Assembly: GCA_963693095.2 (NCBI GenBank)
Contig: CAXVTD010000001.1
Coordinates: 1-27,705, forward strand
Reading direction: 5' to 3'
Length of the DNA: 27,705 nucleotides
DNA from: Cenarchaeum sp.
Lineage (GTDB): Archaea; Thermoproteota; Nitrososphaeria; Nitrososphaerales; Nitrosopumilaceae
Part shown: positions 27,289 to 27,705 of the stretch, in pieces
Layout: every line of letters starts with the position of its first letter
Position numbering within the stretch: position 1 is the stretch's first letter
Notes under the pieces: generated by a model
Database searches by the model: none
What the model was told of the DNA's origin: nothing
Seen by the model: only the letters and a program-made list of their open reading frames with translations
Position numbers and translations under genes: made by a program

Positions 27289-27705
27289 GGCGCTGTTTCA
27301 TAACCCTGCCTAGGCGCGCGGCGGCCGGGACCGAAACACAAATGGATCGGCTCGCGGGCCGGCGCGGCGTTGGCGGGCAAGCCGGACGCAAAGTACGTTG
27401 ACAGGGGCGGGATGCTCGCCCTGCGCCCCAACATGGGGCGCGCGCGGCGCGAGCTCGCCGGGGCGAACAGGAAAAAGCCCGGCAGGCCGTTCCGCTGCCC
27501 CGAGTCGATCATCTTCAGGCTCGCCATGGCGCGCTCCCTGTTCGGCGTCGGCCACAGGGAGCTGGAGGGGCTCCTCGCCGAGTCCCTGGGCGGCGAGTTC
27601 CGCATCGGGTTCGTCCAGATATGGCGCAGGGTGTCGGCGATCGACGTCGGGTTCTCGGAGCGCGACGGCGTGTTCACGTTCCGCAACTCGCTCACCGGCG
27701 CCGTC
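27289..27705 (+). mobile_element. Second copy of the IS5 element, truncated by the window end (transposase start 27370)
   Basis: Matches 25995-26411 at offset 1294 with no difference seen; starts right after the 8-bp duplication. Confidence 0.9.

Overview
Archaeal chromosomal DNA. Gene content and order, TATA boxes about 30 bp before start codons and tRNAs with encoded CCA suggest a GC-rich Nitrosopumilaceae/Cenarchaeum-like thaumarchaeon (inference). Most of the window is housekeeping: tRNA-Ala, Alba, ICL/PEP-mutase family lyase, srp54, dph6, aIF5A, FNR, tRNA-Pro, TPR-matrixin, birA, NAD kinase, nob1, XPF, pfdB, aroC, CM-aminotransferase, tyrA, NUDIX and thiC. An accessory segment (about 1.5-8.9 kb) carries a 1556-aa Type ISP-like restriction-modification enzyme with AT-rich patches in its likely specificity regions, an IS481-family element with a 16-bp target duplication, a 4 x 34-bp palindromic TATA-containing array and a probable ATPase remnant. 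Best candidate for a new system: a (TCGGAGC)x8 tract inside a short leader ORF whose TAG abuts the R-M ATG, while both alternative frames stop right after the tract. This could be a slipped-strand, translational-coupling phase-variation switch. Also seen: a box C/D sRNA candidate between aIF5A and dph6 whose guide predicts 2'-O-methylation of C34 of a CAU tRNA, and a tandem IS5-family pair whose transposase has an in-frame 15-bp VNTR. All assignments are by eye; no database searches were run.
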